This document shows positions 1-9,136 of a DNA stretch of 64,000 bases, in pieces. Below the pieces are notes generated by a model, which worked only from the letters and a program-made list of their open reading frames with translations, was not told the origin of the DNA and did not search any database. A program made the translations under genes and the position numbers. The stretch is from the IMG/VR virus record IMGVR_UViG_3300012204_000007, positions 1-64,000 of that record. The stretch is one strand, 5' to 3'. Every line of letters starts with the position of its first letter. Position 1 is the stretch's first letter. The stretch comes from a virus.

Positions 1-1
1 A

Positions 2-154
2 TCTAGGCTAGATGGTCACTTGGATATCTTGAATAATGAAGAAGTAATTGCACGCCTGATGCATCTCGAAGACGAGACGCGGAGAACGCAATTGAAAATC
101 AGAGACTTCATTGCCTTGCTACGAGAGGGCCTTGACAGCGAAGACTCTGAGTGA
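2..154 (+). CDS. hypothetical protein, 3' end only
   Basis: open frame from window edge ...LREGLDSEDSE* ending TGA 152-154. Confidence 0.6.
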   Translation, partial: SRLDGHLDILNNEEVIARLMHLEDETRRTQLKIRDFIALLREGLDSEDSE

Positions 155-229
155 TAGACTGGCCGGTAGGCATAAATCGCGGTGTTAAATCCTGTGCAGC
201 CTACCGGCCGGTACTATTGAGAGGTTACA

Positions 230-544
230 ATGAGCCACGGACTTAAACTCTGGATTGACAATATAGAGGAACCACCAGACGATACCTGGGAGTGGGTTAC
301 TACTTCTGAGGCAGCAATTGCTACATTGGACTTCTTCTCTGACGAAGGCATGCTTTGGTGTCCGCGAGAGGCTATCTCATTTACCTATAGTTTGGCTGGT
401 GACGATACAACCGTACCGGTATTGGCGTGGATGGTCAAAAATAAATTCTACTTCGACCATTACATGACACACTGCAAAGACTTGGTCAAGAACGAATGGC
501 TAGTAGACACGATTGATGCAAACCTCCGAAACTCAAAAATGTAG
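230..544 (+). CDS. cyclic-phosphate-processing receiver-like domain protein (degenerate)
   Basis: LWIDNIEEPP..WEWVTTSEAAI resembles LWLDD.RP.P..W..A motif; GAGG RBS; next to RNA ligase. Confidence 0.55.
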   Translation: MSHGLKLWIDNIEEPPDDTWEWVTTSEAAIATLDFFSDEGMLWCPREAISFTYSLAGDDTTVPVLAWMVKNKFYFDHYMTHCKDLVKNEWLVDTIDANLRNSKM

Positions 545-565
545 GAGATTTTCAGACTCGTCGTA

Positions 566-790
566 ATGTTTTCTGATATGAGAAAAGGTATTGAAATGCA
601 GGATAAAACTTATCCGTGGTTCCCAACAAATACAGATTATGAAAAGCAGTATGTTCGTGACCGACAGGGAACCGTTTGGTTGCTTGCTCACGACGGAGGC
701 ATGGTCACCACGGCAGACTACACTGGACAAGTATACAGCGCCGGTATAGAGTGGTTGAGAACCAACTATGGACCATTGGAGGAACTATAA
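566..790 (+). CDS. hypothetical protein
   Basis: ORF stop overlaps the RNA ligase start (TAATG). Confidence 0.6.
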   Translation: MFSDMRKGIEMQDKTYPWFPTNTDYEKQYVRDRQGTVWLLAHDGGMVTTADYTGQVYSAGIEWLRTNYGPLEEL

Positions 791-1485
791 TGGAAACTTA
801 TCACAAGATACAGACACTTTGGAAAAGATATCAAGACGGCCCAAATAAGGGCAAGATGATTCATAATGCCTGGACCACACCAGAACTAGAATACCTCGCC
901 GGTAATCAATGGGAGTTTACCGAGAAGGTAGATGGCACCAACATACGTATTGGGCATTATGGAATGTCTAATATACATGGGCAACACACCTTCAATAAGA
1001 TTGACTTGCGTGGACGTTCCGACAGTGCTACCATACCTGTAGCACTGCTAGAATATCTAAAAGATACCTTTACATCGGGTCTATTCACAGATGCTGGGCT
1101 AGACAACGTAACTCTCTTTGGGGAAGGGTATGGCCCAAAGATTCAGAACGGCGGTAACTATCGCACAGACCCATCATTCGTTTTATTTGATGTTAAGATT
1201 GACGGCTGGTGGTTACATAGAAAGGATGTAAATGACATCGCTTCAAAGTTGGGCATCGATTCTGTACCGATAGTTGGCGTTGGCACATTATACGATGCAA
1301 TTCATCTAGTATCTGGTTGGGATTATCAAGACCATGGCACCGGAGAGATGATACATGTGCCACCCATGAGGTCTACTTGGGGTGACTTCGAAGCAGAAGG
1401 AATCATAGCGCGGCCGGTAGTTCCTATGTTCGACCGCAAGGGAGAGCGCATCATAACCAAAATCAAGGCGGTAGACTTTAGGTGA
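790..1485 (+). CDS. RNA ligase, Rnl2-like
   Basis: motif I EKVDGTN, FGEGYG, FVLFDV, EGII, C-terminal KIK; ATG 790 coupled to upstream stop. Confidence 0.85.
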   Translation: METYHKIQTLWKRYQDGPNKGKMIHNAWTTPELEYLAGNQWEFTEKVDGTNIRIGHYGMSNIHGQHTFNKIDLRGRSDSATIPVALLEYLKDTFTSGLFTDAGLDNVTLFGEGYGPKIQNGGNYRTDPSFVLFDVKIDGWWLHRKDVNDIASKLGIDSVPIVGVGTLYDAIHLVSGWDYQDHGTGEMIHVPPMRSTWGDFEAEGIIARPVVPMFDRKGERIITKIKAVDFR

Positions 1486-1673
1486 ATAAGCCGAAGGTTC
1501 GCAAGCGCCACGGAGTGTGGCGTGTTGAACTAGGTGACTACCGCACAGAATATTCTAATATGTATCTTGAAGACTGGCACGATGCGATGCATCTTGCCAA
1601 TAACATCGCCGGTAAGTCACACTTGTCTATTATAGGTCAATGGGTCATTATGAAATTAGAGAATAGGACATAG
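1482..1673 (+). CDS. hypothetical protein
   Basis: GTGA overlap with upstream gene. Confidence 0.55.
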   Translation: MNKPKVRKRHGVWRVELGDYRTEYSNMYLEDWHDAMHLANNIAGKSHLSIIGQWVIMKLENRT

Positions 1674-1832
1674 TATGATAACCATTAAGATATGGTTTCG
1701 TGGCGGTGGAGACACTACCTTTCAATGCATGACTTTCAAGGCATCTAGAAACAATCAAACTGGTCGTTTTAGTGCTTTTAATGCCACCGGTATGAAGTAT
1801 GATATGGGCATAGTGGCGGATGATGTTTCAGC

Positions 1833-2252
1833 GTGGAGGCGTATCAGGTGAAAGGACTAGACCGAGACTGGCCGGTATTCGAACAAACTGGTGAGACTGA
1901 ATCTGTTGATGAAATCATCCTTGATGTTCGCAACCATAACGATGGTCCTATTACTGACCGCGCCGGTAGAGAGTATGACTATATTAATGCATTCTTAGAA
2001 GATAATGATTTTTACCAAGGTCTAAATATGATTACTGTCATCAAGAGAAAGAGCGACGGTGAACTATTTGGATATTCTTGGTGGGATGATATATCTAAGC
2101 ATGGTGAGTCATTTATACAGTCAAATGGTGATGAGTTTGGATTAGAATGCGACACCGACATAGAAGGTTTTGACTGGGATACTGACTACGTATCATATTA
2201 TGTATTCGAGCCAGTAGAGCCTTTCAGTATTCTTGCATATAGAAAAGTTTGA
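1833..2252 (+). CDS. hypothetical acidic protein
   Basis: 139 aa ORF; true start probably GTG 1848 after GGAGG. Confidence 0.7.
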   Translation: MEAYQVKGLDRDWPVFEQTGETESVDEIILDVRNHNDGPITDRAGREYDYINAFLEDNDFYQGLNMITVIKRKSDGELFGYSWWDDISKHGESFIQSNGDEFGLECDTDIEGFDWDTDYVSYYVFEPVEPFSILAYRKV

Positions 2253-2267
2253 TGATATACTAATTAC

Positions 2268-2471
2268 ATGACTATTTGGACTATATTATGGCTGGTTTGG
2301 GGTACAATATTTGCAATTATAGAATCTGTAGCGGTATTGAACGATACCCGCAATGACACGCTATCCCAGCATTTACGATTGTGGTTCCGCACCGACACGA
2401 AACTAGGTCGCACAATCTGGTTGATTGTTTCTGGTGTATTCTTTATATGGTTTGTTGTCCATATCGCTTGA
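2268..2471 (+). CDS. small membrane protein
   Basis: two hydrophobic helices flanking DTLSQH.R.WF. Confidence 0.7.
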   Translation: MTIWTILWLVWGTIFAIIESVAVLNDTRNDTLSQHLRLWFRTDTKLGRTIWLIVSGVFFIWFVVHIA

Positions 2472-2536
2472 CAGCGACATATAAGTAGTGTATAGTAAGA
2501 AATGAGCACGACTCCACGTGTATTCGTGCTCATCTT

Positions 2537-2608
2537 ACTTCCGTAGTGTAATTGGCAGCACAAAACACTCTGACTGTTTTAGTTTAGGTTCGAATCCTTA
2601 CGGAAGTG
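2537..2608 (+). tRNA. tRNA-Gln(CTG)
   Basis: ACTTCCG/CGGAAGT acceptor, loop CTCTGAC, TTCGAAT T-loop. Confidence 0.9.
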
Positions 2609-2612
2609 CGAG

Positions 2613-2798
2613 ATGGATGAGTTTAACAGACAAGATTTGGAATATGTCATCCGTCTGCTTAAGACGGCGTTCGACTATGGGCGGGAGCGGCCGGTAGAAG
2701 ATGTAGAACTACCAGAAGAAGATGTAGTAGAACTTCCTCTTGACACCATAGATGATGATGTGTTAAGATGGGAAGACGAAGGTGGAAGTCCTTCTTAA
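2613..2798 (+). CDS. hypothetical acidic protein
   Basis: ORF filling the gap between two tRNAs. Confidence 0.55.
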   Translation: MDEFNRQDLEYVIRLLKTAFDYGRERPVEDVELPEEDVVELPLDTIDDDVLRWEDEGGSPS

Positions 2799-2869
2799 AT
2801 CCTGTTGGTCTAATGGTAAGACAAGAGATTCCAAACCTCTTAACGTGGGTTCGATTCCTACACAGGGTG
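2799..2869 (+). tRNA. tRNA-Trp(CCA)
   Basis: cloverleaf, loop TTCCAAA. Confidence 0.9.
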
Positions 2870-2880
2870 CGGGAGATATT

Positions 2881-3051
2881 ATGCCAGTACATAGAACATA
2901 TACAGAAGATGGTAAGCCCGCATATCAGTGGGGGCAAAATGGGCATAAATATCCTTATACGCCCGGTAGCGAAGCAAGTCGTCGTAGGGCAAAGCACAAG
3001 GCACATATGCAAGAAGCAGCAGCAAGAGCAAACGGTTATACAGGTAAGTAA
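2881..3051 (+). CDS. small basic hypothetical protein
   Basis: GGGAG RBS, MPVHRTYTEDGKPAYQWG... Confidence 0.7.
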   Translation: MPVHRTYTEDGKPAYQWGQNGHKYPYTPGSEASRRRAKHKAHMQEAAARANGYTGK

Positions 3052-3127
3052 CGGGGTGTGGGGCAGCCAGGTCAGCCTGCTTGATTCGGATTCAAGAGTA
3101 TCGCAGGTTCGAATCCTGCCATCCCGA
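3052..3127 (+). tRNA. tRNA-Pro(CGG)
   Basis: C1-G72, A73, loop TTCGGAT. Confidence 0.9.
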
Positions 3128-3174
3128 CTGTTTGGAACTTGACATTTAATTCCAAACGTAGTATAGTTGCATAT

Positions 3175-3260
3175 ATGAAAAAATGTACTCGTTGTAATAC
3201 TATGCGCTAATTGTCACAGAAAAAGAACAATTATACAATTAGATATATGGCGTGGACGAA
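3175..3260 (+). pseudogene. internally deleted HNH endonuclease remnant
   Basis: MKKCTRCNT joined out of frame to CANCHRKRT; promoter TTGACA..TATAGT upstream. Confidence 0.65.
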
Positions 3261-3332
3261 TGGGTGTCGCCTAATGGCATGGCTCTTGCTTTGGGAGCAA
3301 GTATAATGGGAGTTCGATTCTCCCCACCCGTA
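3260..3332 (+). tRNA. tRNA-Pro(TGG)
   Basis: cloverleaf, loop TTTGGGA. Confidence 0.9.
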
Positions 3333-3359
3333 CAAAGCGTAGGGGTAACCCTACGGCGA

Positions 3360-3431
3360 CGGACTATAGTGAAATGGTAATCACACAATCCTGATAAGAT
3401 TGTATTCTGGGTTCAACTCCCAGTAGTCCTA
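3360..3431 (+). tRNA. tRNA-Ile(GAT)
   Basis: CAATC-CTGATAA-GATTG anticodon arm. Confidence 0.9.
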
Positions 3432-3433
3432 CT

Positions 3434-3516
3434 CGAAGGTTAGTGTAATTGTTTCTAGCACGGGCTTCCACTTGGGGAAGTTCAAGACCGTTGGTGGCGT
3501 GGCGGACTTTCGACCA
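3434..3516 (+). ncRNA. aberrant tRNA-like RNA ending ACCA
   Basis: CGAAGGT/ACTTTCG acceptor, D stem, 8-bp anticodon stem with 6-nt loop, no TTC T-loop. Confidence 0.6.
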
Positions 3517-3518
3517 AT

Positions 3519-3594
3519 GCTCGCGTGGTGTAGTCTGGTCTAACATACCTCCCTGTCACGGAGAAGAACGCCGGTTCGAATCCGGTCGCGGGCG
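3519..3594 (+). tRNA. tRNA-Asp(GTC)
   Basis: loop CTGTCAC, G73. Confidence 0.9.
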
Positions 3595-3611
3595 CTTATA
3601 TAAGGAGTAAA

Positions 3612-3821
3612 ATGACTATCAATTTTCCAGAAGCGCCTCAGCCAGCAGAGGTTGAGACCGAGAAGATTACAGAAGAAGAGTTCGATGAAAATGGTAATCT
3701 TACTCGTAGAACAATCACCGAACGTACCATAAAGCGTAAGAATCCATGGGTGCCACCGGCCACCACGCGTCCATATTATCCATATGTAACTCATAGCACT
3801 AGCGACGACCCAGTATTGTAA
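3612..3821 (+). CDS. hypothetical protein
   Basis: AAGGAG RBS. Confidence 0.7.
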   Translation: MTINFPEAPQPAEVETEKITEEEFDENGNLTRRTITERTIKRKNPWVPPATTRPYYPYVTHSTSDDPVL

Positions 3822-3846
3822 TATTGCACACTGAGAGGACAAGGTC

Positions 3847-4386
3847 ATGGAAAGAACTATACTTTTTAAGACCGTCCACGGTAGTCGTCTTTATGGACTT
3901 GCTTATGCTGGTAGCGATAATGACTTTTATACTGTCGTAACTAAGGCTGAGACAGACCACAGATTTGGTAAACAAACTCGCGCCCGGTATGCGAAACAGA
4001 AAATAATCGGTAATGAAGACTCGTTCGTAGTAGACTTTGGTACATGGATAGAAATGTGTAAGTCGGGAGTGCCACAGGCACTCGAAGCCATGTTCTCTGA
4101 TATGGTTATAGGTAATGATTTAATTGAAGACTACCGTCGCTCGTTCCGAGCCGGTAGTCAAGTGTTTCCTAAGTATCTAGACACCATTAAGTCATTTGCA
4201 CTGGCAGAAGACCCAACTACGAAGAAAAGACGCCACGCATTAAGGTTGGCTCTGAACCTCAACCAGATGGCGAAGACAGGCCGGTTCAATCCTACTCTTT
4301 CAGAAGAGGACGCCCGGTATGTTAGTTTATATTCAACTAAAGGTCACGAAGATGTATATGGCCTTGCTAAGTGTATAGCGTGGTAA
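3847..4386 (+). CDS. Pol-beta superfamily nucleotidyltransferase (RlaP-like)
   Basis: HGSRLYGLA..GSDNDF motif. Confidence 0.8.
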   Translation: MERTILFKTVHGSRLYGLAYAGSDNDFYTVVTKAETDHRFGKQTRARYAKQKIIGNEDSFVVDFGTWIEMCKSGVPQALEAMFSDMVIGNDLIEDYRRSFRAGSQVFPKYLDTIKSFALAEDPTTKKRRHALRLALNLNQMAKTGRFNPTLSEEDARYVSLYSTKGHEDVYGLAKCIAW

Positions 4387-4501
4387 TAATTAAATAGGCC
4401 AGTGTGACTTGACACGACCGTATCTTTTATGTTACACTGGTGAGAGTGGTTTACTTACGTATAAATTTGACAGTGTAATTCCACTGTGGTATAGTTGATA
4501 T

Positions 4502-4948
4502 ATGAAAATTTGTCAATCATGCGGCGTAAGTAAGCCACTCTCAGAATTTCACAAACGTACTCGCGCTCTAGATGGGTTGCAAACCAGATGTAAAATATGC
4601 AATCGAGAACAGCGTAAGGCTTATTATAAGACCGCTCATGGTAGAGATAAAAATGATGTGACCGGCAAACGGTGGCTGACCCAGATGCGCAGGAAGGTTT
4701 TTGAATATCTTTTGGAGCATCCTTGTGTTGATTGCGGTGAAGCAGACCCGGTCGTATTAGAGTTTGACCATCGTGATAATGTGGAAAAATTTGCAGCGGT
4801 TAGTAATATGTTTAAAATGTATGGCTGGACAAGAATTTCAGAAGAGATTGCTAAATGTGACGTACGATGTGCAAACTGTCATAAGAGGCGTACTGCTAAA
4901 CAATTTGCATGGTCTAAGTTAGCATGGTATGATGGTATAGAAAAATAA
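4502..4948 (+). CDS. HNH endonuclease
   Basis: CxxC N-terminus, CVDCG..LEFDH..CANCH; leaderless behind TTGACA..TATAGT. Confidence 0.9.
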   Translation: MKICQSCGVSKPLSEFHKRTRALDGLQTRCKICNREQRKAYYKTAHGRDKNDVTGKRWLTQMRRKVFEYLLEHPCVDCGEADPVVLEFDHRDNVEKFAAVSNMFKMYGWTRISEEIAKCDVRCANCHKRRTAKQFAWSKLAWYDGIEK

Positions 4949-4952
4949 ATAT

Positions 4953-5033
4953 GCATGGGTATGCAAGAGGCTAAAGCATACTGTCTTACACACAGTTCCG
5001 TAAGGTTCGCAGGTTCGAATCCTGTCCCATGCA
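4953..5033 (+). tRNA. tRNA-Val(TAC), long variable arm
   Basis: ACTGT-CTTACAC-ACAGT, 12-nt variable region. Confidence 0.8.
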
Positions 5034-5205
5034 CGGTTACTTAACAGAAAACTGCACGCGCGGTAAGTGTCTGGTTGGTTATATTTGTTACTAATGATAT
5101 CTAATGGTGCATTTGGCCGGGTAACTACAATTTTGAGGGTTGAAGTCCCAGTAAGCATTCTATCTAACGTAAGAGGACTGGGTATACGGATAGAATCACC
5201 AGCAT

Positions 5206-5290
5206 GGAAGGTAGCGCACAAGGAGTGCAAATCGCCTTGAAAGCGATTGCCGTCGCGGGAGCGGCGAGGGTTCGAGTCCTTTACTTTCCT
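5206..5290 (+). tRNA. tRNA-Ser(TGA)
   Basis: GGAAGGT acceptor, loop CTTGAAA, long variable arm. Confidence 0.9.
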
Positions 5291-5500
5291 CATGGAGCAC
5301 AAGGATAGTTATATTGCTTATAAGCCATTATGGATATTGCTGAGTACCGGCGCGGTATTAATTGCGTTAGGTTACATACTTGACAAAGTAGGCTCATGAT
5401 GGTAGTCTTAGTTACTGGTGGTTGGTAGCCGATACGTAGGTCAGGTGGTATTGCCCCTAAAGGGCCAATCCTGCTATTAACTCCCCTAACCACTAGTCTT

Positions 5501-5573
5501 GGGTAATGCGCAGGTGGGGACTTGCGGTGGTGTGAAGTACCACTTTGACTCGGTTCGACTCCGAGATTACCCA
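5501..5573 (+). tRNA. tRNA-Phe(GAA), atypical D arm
   Basis: GGGTAAT/ATTACCC, GTGGT-GTGAAGT-ACCAC. Confidence 0.75.
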
Positions 5574-5587
5574 CTGTATTAAATAAT

Positions 5588-5658
5588 GCGAGTAAGGTGT
5601 TACGGTAGCATCTTTGACTTCCACTCAAAGGGCGCGGGTTCGACTCCCGCTACTCGCT
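5588..5658 (+). tRNA. tRNA-Gly(TCC)
   Basis: GCGAGTA/TACTCGC, U73, loop CTTCCAC. Confidence 0.9.
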
Positions 5659-5689
5659 CGGAGACTGTGCACAAGTCTCTTAGGAAAAC

Positions 5690-5757
5690 TTTTCAGTGGT
5701 GCAATGGCAGCATGCCCCTTCAAATGGGGAGATATCGGTTCGAATCCGGTCTGAGTT
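5690..5757 (+). tRNA. degenerate tRNA (4-bp anticodon stem, best register CAA)
   Basis: good D and T arms, CCCC-TTCAAAT-GGGG, weak acceptor stem. Confidence 0.45.
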
Positions 5758-5787
5758 AAGGAATGCGCATTCCTAGTTTTCCTATAT

Positions 5788-5864
5788 CCGGGTGTAATGG
5801 CGCTGGCTACGAACCAGTAGTGCATAACGGAATGAAAATGAGGGTTCGAATCCCTTCACCCGGT
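5788..5864 (+). ncRNA. D-armless tRNA-like RNA, anticodon ACG
   Basis: CCGGGTG/CACCCGG, GCTGG-CTACGAA-CCAGT, canonical T arm. Confidence 0.7.
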
Positions 5865-6010
5865 CTACTACGATGAGTGAGAAAAAGGGATTAAAAACTG
5901 CTAAAACCAAAGCGGAGGTCATTAGGACCATCGTCGGTGTGACACAGTTGTTAGTCGCGGTTACTACACTCATTGTTGTGCTTGTAAGGTAGTCATGCTA
6001 TACTTAGGCC

Positions 6011-6166
6011 ATGAGAACATTCAAATATAGCGTTAGTCTTGTGGTAGAAGTAGAAGCATTTGATGAGATTGACGCAGAGGAAGCGGTAAGAGACGCCTTC
6101 GGTTTAGGAGACGTTTGCGGTATAGAGGTAATTGAGTCAGAGGTTGGAGATTTCACCGTAACATGA
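6011..6166 (+). CDS. small acidic hypothetical protein (51 aa)
   Basis: MRTFKYSVSLVVEVEAFDE...; leaderless behind TATACT. Confidence 0.6.
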   Translation: MRTFKYSVSLVVEVEAFDEIDAEEAVRDAFGLGDVCGIEVIESEVGDFTVT

Positions 6167-6331
6167 TACATCTAGAATGGTGTAGTTTCTGTCTTAAGAA
6201 GCCATGTGATGGTATGGTTACAGTATTAGACCCTGACAATGGTGAAATGGAACTACCGACCTGCTTTGATTGTTACCAAGCATTACTTAAAAATTAATTA
6301 CTTTTCTTAGGTCCCCATTTCCCAGAACCAT

Positions 6332-6472
6332 CTAAGTAGTGAAATACTTGATGATGCGTGGGGCACCAATAGCACCACATGCTTTAGAACAAAAAAGCCC
6401 TTGGCCTCTATTCAAATATCTCGGGTCTGCTTGGTACTCGACTTGACATTCGTTACAGTTCCGTGTTATCAT
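6332..6472 (-). pseudogene. truncated Zn-finger/HNH N-terminus
   Basis: MITRNCNEC...FCSKAC then stop; isolated minus-strand ORF in a plus-strand block. Confidence 0.5.
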
Positions 6473-6489
6473 AGTTATATCCCTTTCGT

Positions 6490-6563
6490 GGGGGCGCAGT
6501 GTGGTACTAGACATTTTTTGCAAGAATGCTCGCAGCGGGTTCAACTCTCCGTCGCCTCCACCA
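6490..6563 (+). tRNA. tRNA-Ala(TGC)
   Basis: G3:U70 pair, loop TTTGCAA, encoded CCA. Confidence 0.8.
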
Positions 6564-6622
6564 TGAATTAAATCATACTCCACAATGCAAGTCAAATATG
6601 CTACACACGTTAAGGAGTTATT

Positions 6623-6940
6623 ATGGGTCTGTACCACGGCTGGTCGGATGAGCCCGACAAGCACGCAGATGCTGTTCGCGGCGGGGTAGAGATAAGCGAT
6701 TTCGATGACGAGGTCAAGCGCGCACCATCTAAGAAAACCAAGCCGAAGCCTAAGCGCGGATGCCCTGGAAACGACTTCAAGGCGCATGTCTACGTTTGGC
6801 AGACCGAAACCCGATACCACAGCAAGTGGTCTCCCCAGGGATTTATGGTTCAAGACAAGACTCGACCATACACTGTAGACTTGAACATCTGCTGCGGTTG
6901 TGGTAAGGTTGCAAAGAGACGCTACCACTGGTGGCAATAA
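6623..6940 (+). CDS. hypothetical basic protein with Cys/His motifs
   Basis: AAGGAG RBS; GCPGN..H..CCGCG. Confidence 0.75.
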   Translation: MGLYHGWSDEPDKHADAVRGGVEISDFDDEVKRAPSKKTKPKPKRGCPGNDFKAHVYVWQTETRYHSKWSPQGFMVQDKTRPYTVDLNICCGCGKVAKRRYHWWQ

Positions 6941-7200
6941 GACGGAACTGGCCGGTTAACCCAGACTAAATTGAAAAATTATTGTAGCAAGTGTAAAGCA
7001 CGCATTACAACCCATCTATGGATTGTTGGAGAGAATGTCTATTGTGGGGCATCGTGTCAACGCGGCGGTAAGTCACAGTTTGAAAAGACGTTCCGCGCTC
7101 TGGCCAAGATGTAATAACTAAATACTACCGGGCGCCAGTTAGAACTGCTGGCTGGTGATTAATTGTGGATGACCACGTTGAGTCAGCCCGCTCGGTATAT

Positions 7201-7272
7201 GCCTCTATCGTATAACGGACATTACTCTGGTCCTCTAAACCAAGAATGCGGGTTCGACTCCTGCTGGGGGTA
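7201..7272 (+). tRNA. tRNA-Arg(TCT)
   Basis: loop CCTCTAA (C33). Confidence 0.85.
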
Positions 7273-7406
7273 CAAGGCTTGACATCGTCTGGCCGGTATG
7301 GTACGATTGACTAGTCAAGCACCAAGGGTTGGGGTGGATTGAACTAGGATGAAAGACTTAGTCCAAGTTGCTTGACAGGTAGGATAGCAAGTGCTAGACT
7401 ACTCAT

Positions 7407-7480
7407 GGCGTACGAGGTCAAACGGATAGACGCTGGCTTGTGGTGCCAGTCATAGCGGGTTCGACTCCCGTCGTTCGCCC
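7407..7480 (+). tRNA. tRNA-His(GTG)
   Basis: G-1:C73, loop TTGTGGT. Confidence 0.9.
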
Positions 7481-7595
7481 TAGGTCGCACGACCTGTGGC
7501 AAAACGTGCTAGGCCAGGTAGGAGCACTGGTTGAAGTTAATTGGTTGACAGATTAAATAGACCACGGAGTGAGTCCGCTTCAAAATCTGTCGTAT

Positions 7596-7676
7596 GCACC
7601 CGTTGGACAATAGGATAGTCCAGTAGTCTCTTAAACTACCGCCTCGGCTGTGTGGGTTCGAGCCCCACCGGGTGTA
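7596..7676 (+). tRNA. tRNA-Lys(CTT), long variable arm
   Basis: GTAGT-CTCTTAA-ACTAC, variable hairpin GCC-TC-GGC. Confidence 0.85.
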
Positions 7677-7755
7677 CTGCCTCACATGGGATGCGTTAGG
7701 TGATTACTCGCTGGCTGTTGTGGACCTAATCAATTCACATCAAGTCCCATATTAT

Positions 7756-7828
7756 GCACCTTTAACTCAGTTGGTAGAGTGGCTGACTCTTAATCAGTAT
7801 GTCCTCGGTTCGAGCCCGAGAAGGTGTA
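7756..7828 (+). tRNA. tRNA-Lys(CTT)
   Basis: canonical cloverleaf. Confidence 0.95.
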
Positions 7829-7939
7829 CAAACATCAATAATCTTTACTACCGGGCATGCGTGAGGGTTACAACTCCCACTACCCACAACAATTGAAACG
7901 GTAGTTGATGTAGCATGGAGATAGGCTAAATTAGATTAT

Positions 7940-8012
7940 GATTCCTTACCTCAGTTGGTAGAGGGCTGGTCTTTTAAACCAAGTGTCCTGGGTTCGAGTC
8001 CCAGAGGAATCA
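7940..8012 (+). tRNA. tRNA-Lys(TTT)
   Basis: canonical cloverleaf. Confidence 0.95.
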
Positions 8013-8040
8013 CACCCCCTCATATGGGGACAGGAGATGT

Positions 8041-8670
8041 ATGAAGAAGTTACTAGTATATGTAATAAGTCTACTGGGCGCGTTATCACTGATAACAGTG
8101 GTGGGGCCGACCGCTCCCGCCTCAGCAAATGATGGCTGTTGGACAACGTCACGACTTATGTCTAGTGTTTGGGTTCAATACAGTTATCCTACTGAGAATG
8201 ATTTGTTATTTGGTAATCCTCAGTCATGGAAATACACCGCTAGAGAACATTATCGTGATTGTCCAGACAACCCCAACGGTGACAACCATAAAATCATGGC
8301 ATTGGACACATTGTACTGTGCAGAGAAGTTAGACAACCTGAGTTATCTCTACATGGTAGGATTCAAGTTCAACATCCTCATCTCAAACAATAACAATGTC
8401 GATACAGACCCTAATGATTTTGACTGGGATTGGTACCAAGGTTTTGGTAGTAAAGGTACCGTGAAATGTGCCACTCATAATCACATCAATTCTCCATGGA
8501 TGTATATGTCTAGCCATCCTTGGTGGTCATGTACAGGATGGATTAGGAATAAGAAGTTTTCCATAGGTGAATATCTCAATCGTGAAGAGATTTTCTGGTC
8601 ACAGCCAGATGGCAATAGAAAATTTTTCCACCCTAGCACTGATTACTTTACGGGTGATACTTTCCCATAA
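8041..8670 (+). CDS. secreted Cys/Trp-rich hypothetical protein
   Basis: signal peptide MKKLLVYVI..APASA; AGGAG RBS. Confidence 0.8.
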   Translation: MKKLLVYVISLLGALSLITVVGPTAPASANDGCWTTSRLMSSVWVQYSYPTENDLLFGNPQSWKYTAREHYRDCPDNPNGDNHKIMALDTLYCAEKLDNLSYLYMVGFKFNILISNNNNVDTDPNDFDWDWYQGFGSKGTVKCATHNHINSPWMYMSSHPWWSCTGWIRNKKFSIGEYLNREEIFWSQPDGNRKFFHPSTDYFTGDTFP

Positions 8671-8678
8671 TAATACTC

Positions 8679-8760
8679 GCTTCCGACGCAAAATAGGTAT
8701 TGCAGCAGACTTTTAATCTGCCACCGAAAGGTTATGTGGGTTCGACTCCCACCGGAAGTA
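8679..8760 (+). tRNA. tRNA-Lys(TTT), long variable arm
   Basis: GCAGA-CTTTTAA-TCTGC, variable hairpin ACC-GAAA-GGT. Confidence 0.85.
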
Positions 8761-8938
8761 CGTAGAGATTAATACGCTTGGCCCTTTCCCTTAAGCAAGG
8801 AACTAAGCCAAGTGAGGCGGATTGCTTACCCGCCGTGCAGACTGTTAGAGTTCATTGAACCGACATGCACACAAAATCTTTACATCTAGTTCCCTGGCGT
8901 CCTAGGGACGCGAGTCGAATAGGACTGCCAGGGTTTTT

Positions 8939-9012
8939 GCTCCATGGGTCTTGTGGCAAGGATACCACCCTCTCAAGGTGCGTGAAGGTCGGTTCGAATC
9001 CGACATGGAGTA
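8939..9012 (+). tRNA. tRNA-Glu(CTC)
   Basis: loop CTCTCAA. Confidence 0.9.
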
Positions 9013-9136
9013 CGCGGCTGATGTGTACTAGGCGATGCGACCCTTTACTGGGCAATTAAATGGATGACCCCTATGAGTGCGCGCTAATGGGCGATTCGTA
9101 CACACCTTAATCAACTCAACTATAGATAGGACAACA

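Noticed and set aside
5690-5757. Opal suppressor or Sec tRNA (TCA anticodon)
   Set aside because: The TCA register breaks the anticodon stem; best pairing gives CAA; the acceptor stem is weak and there is no long variable arm
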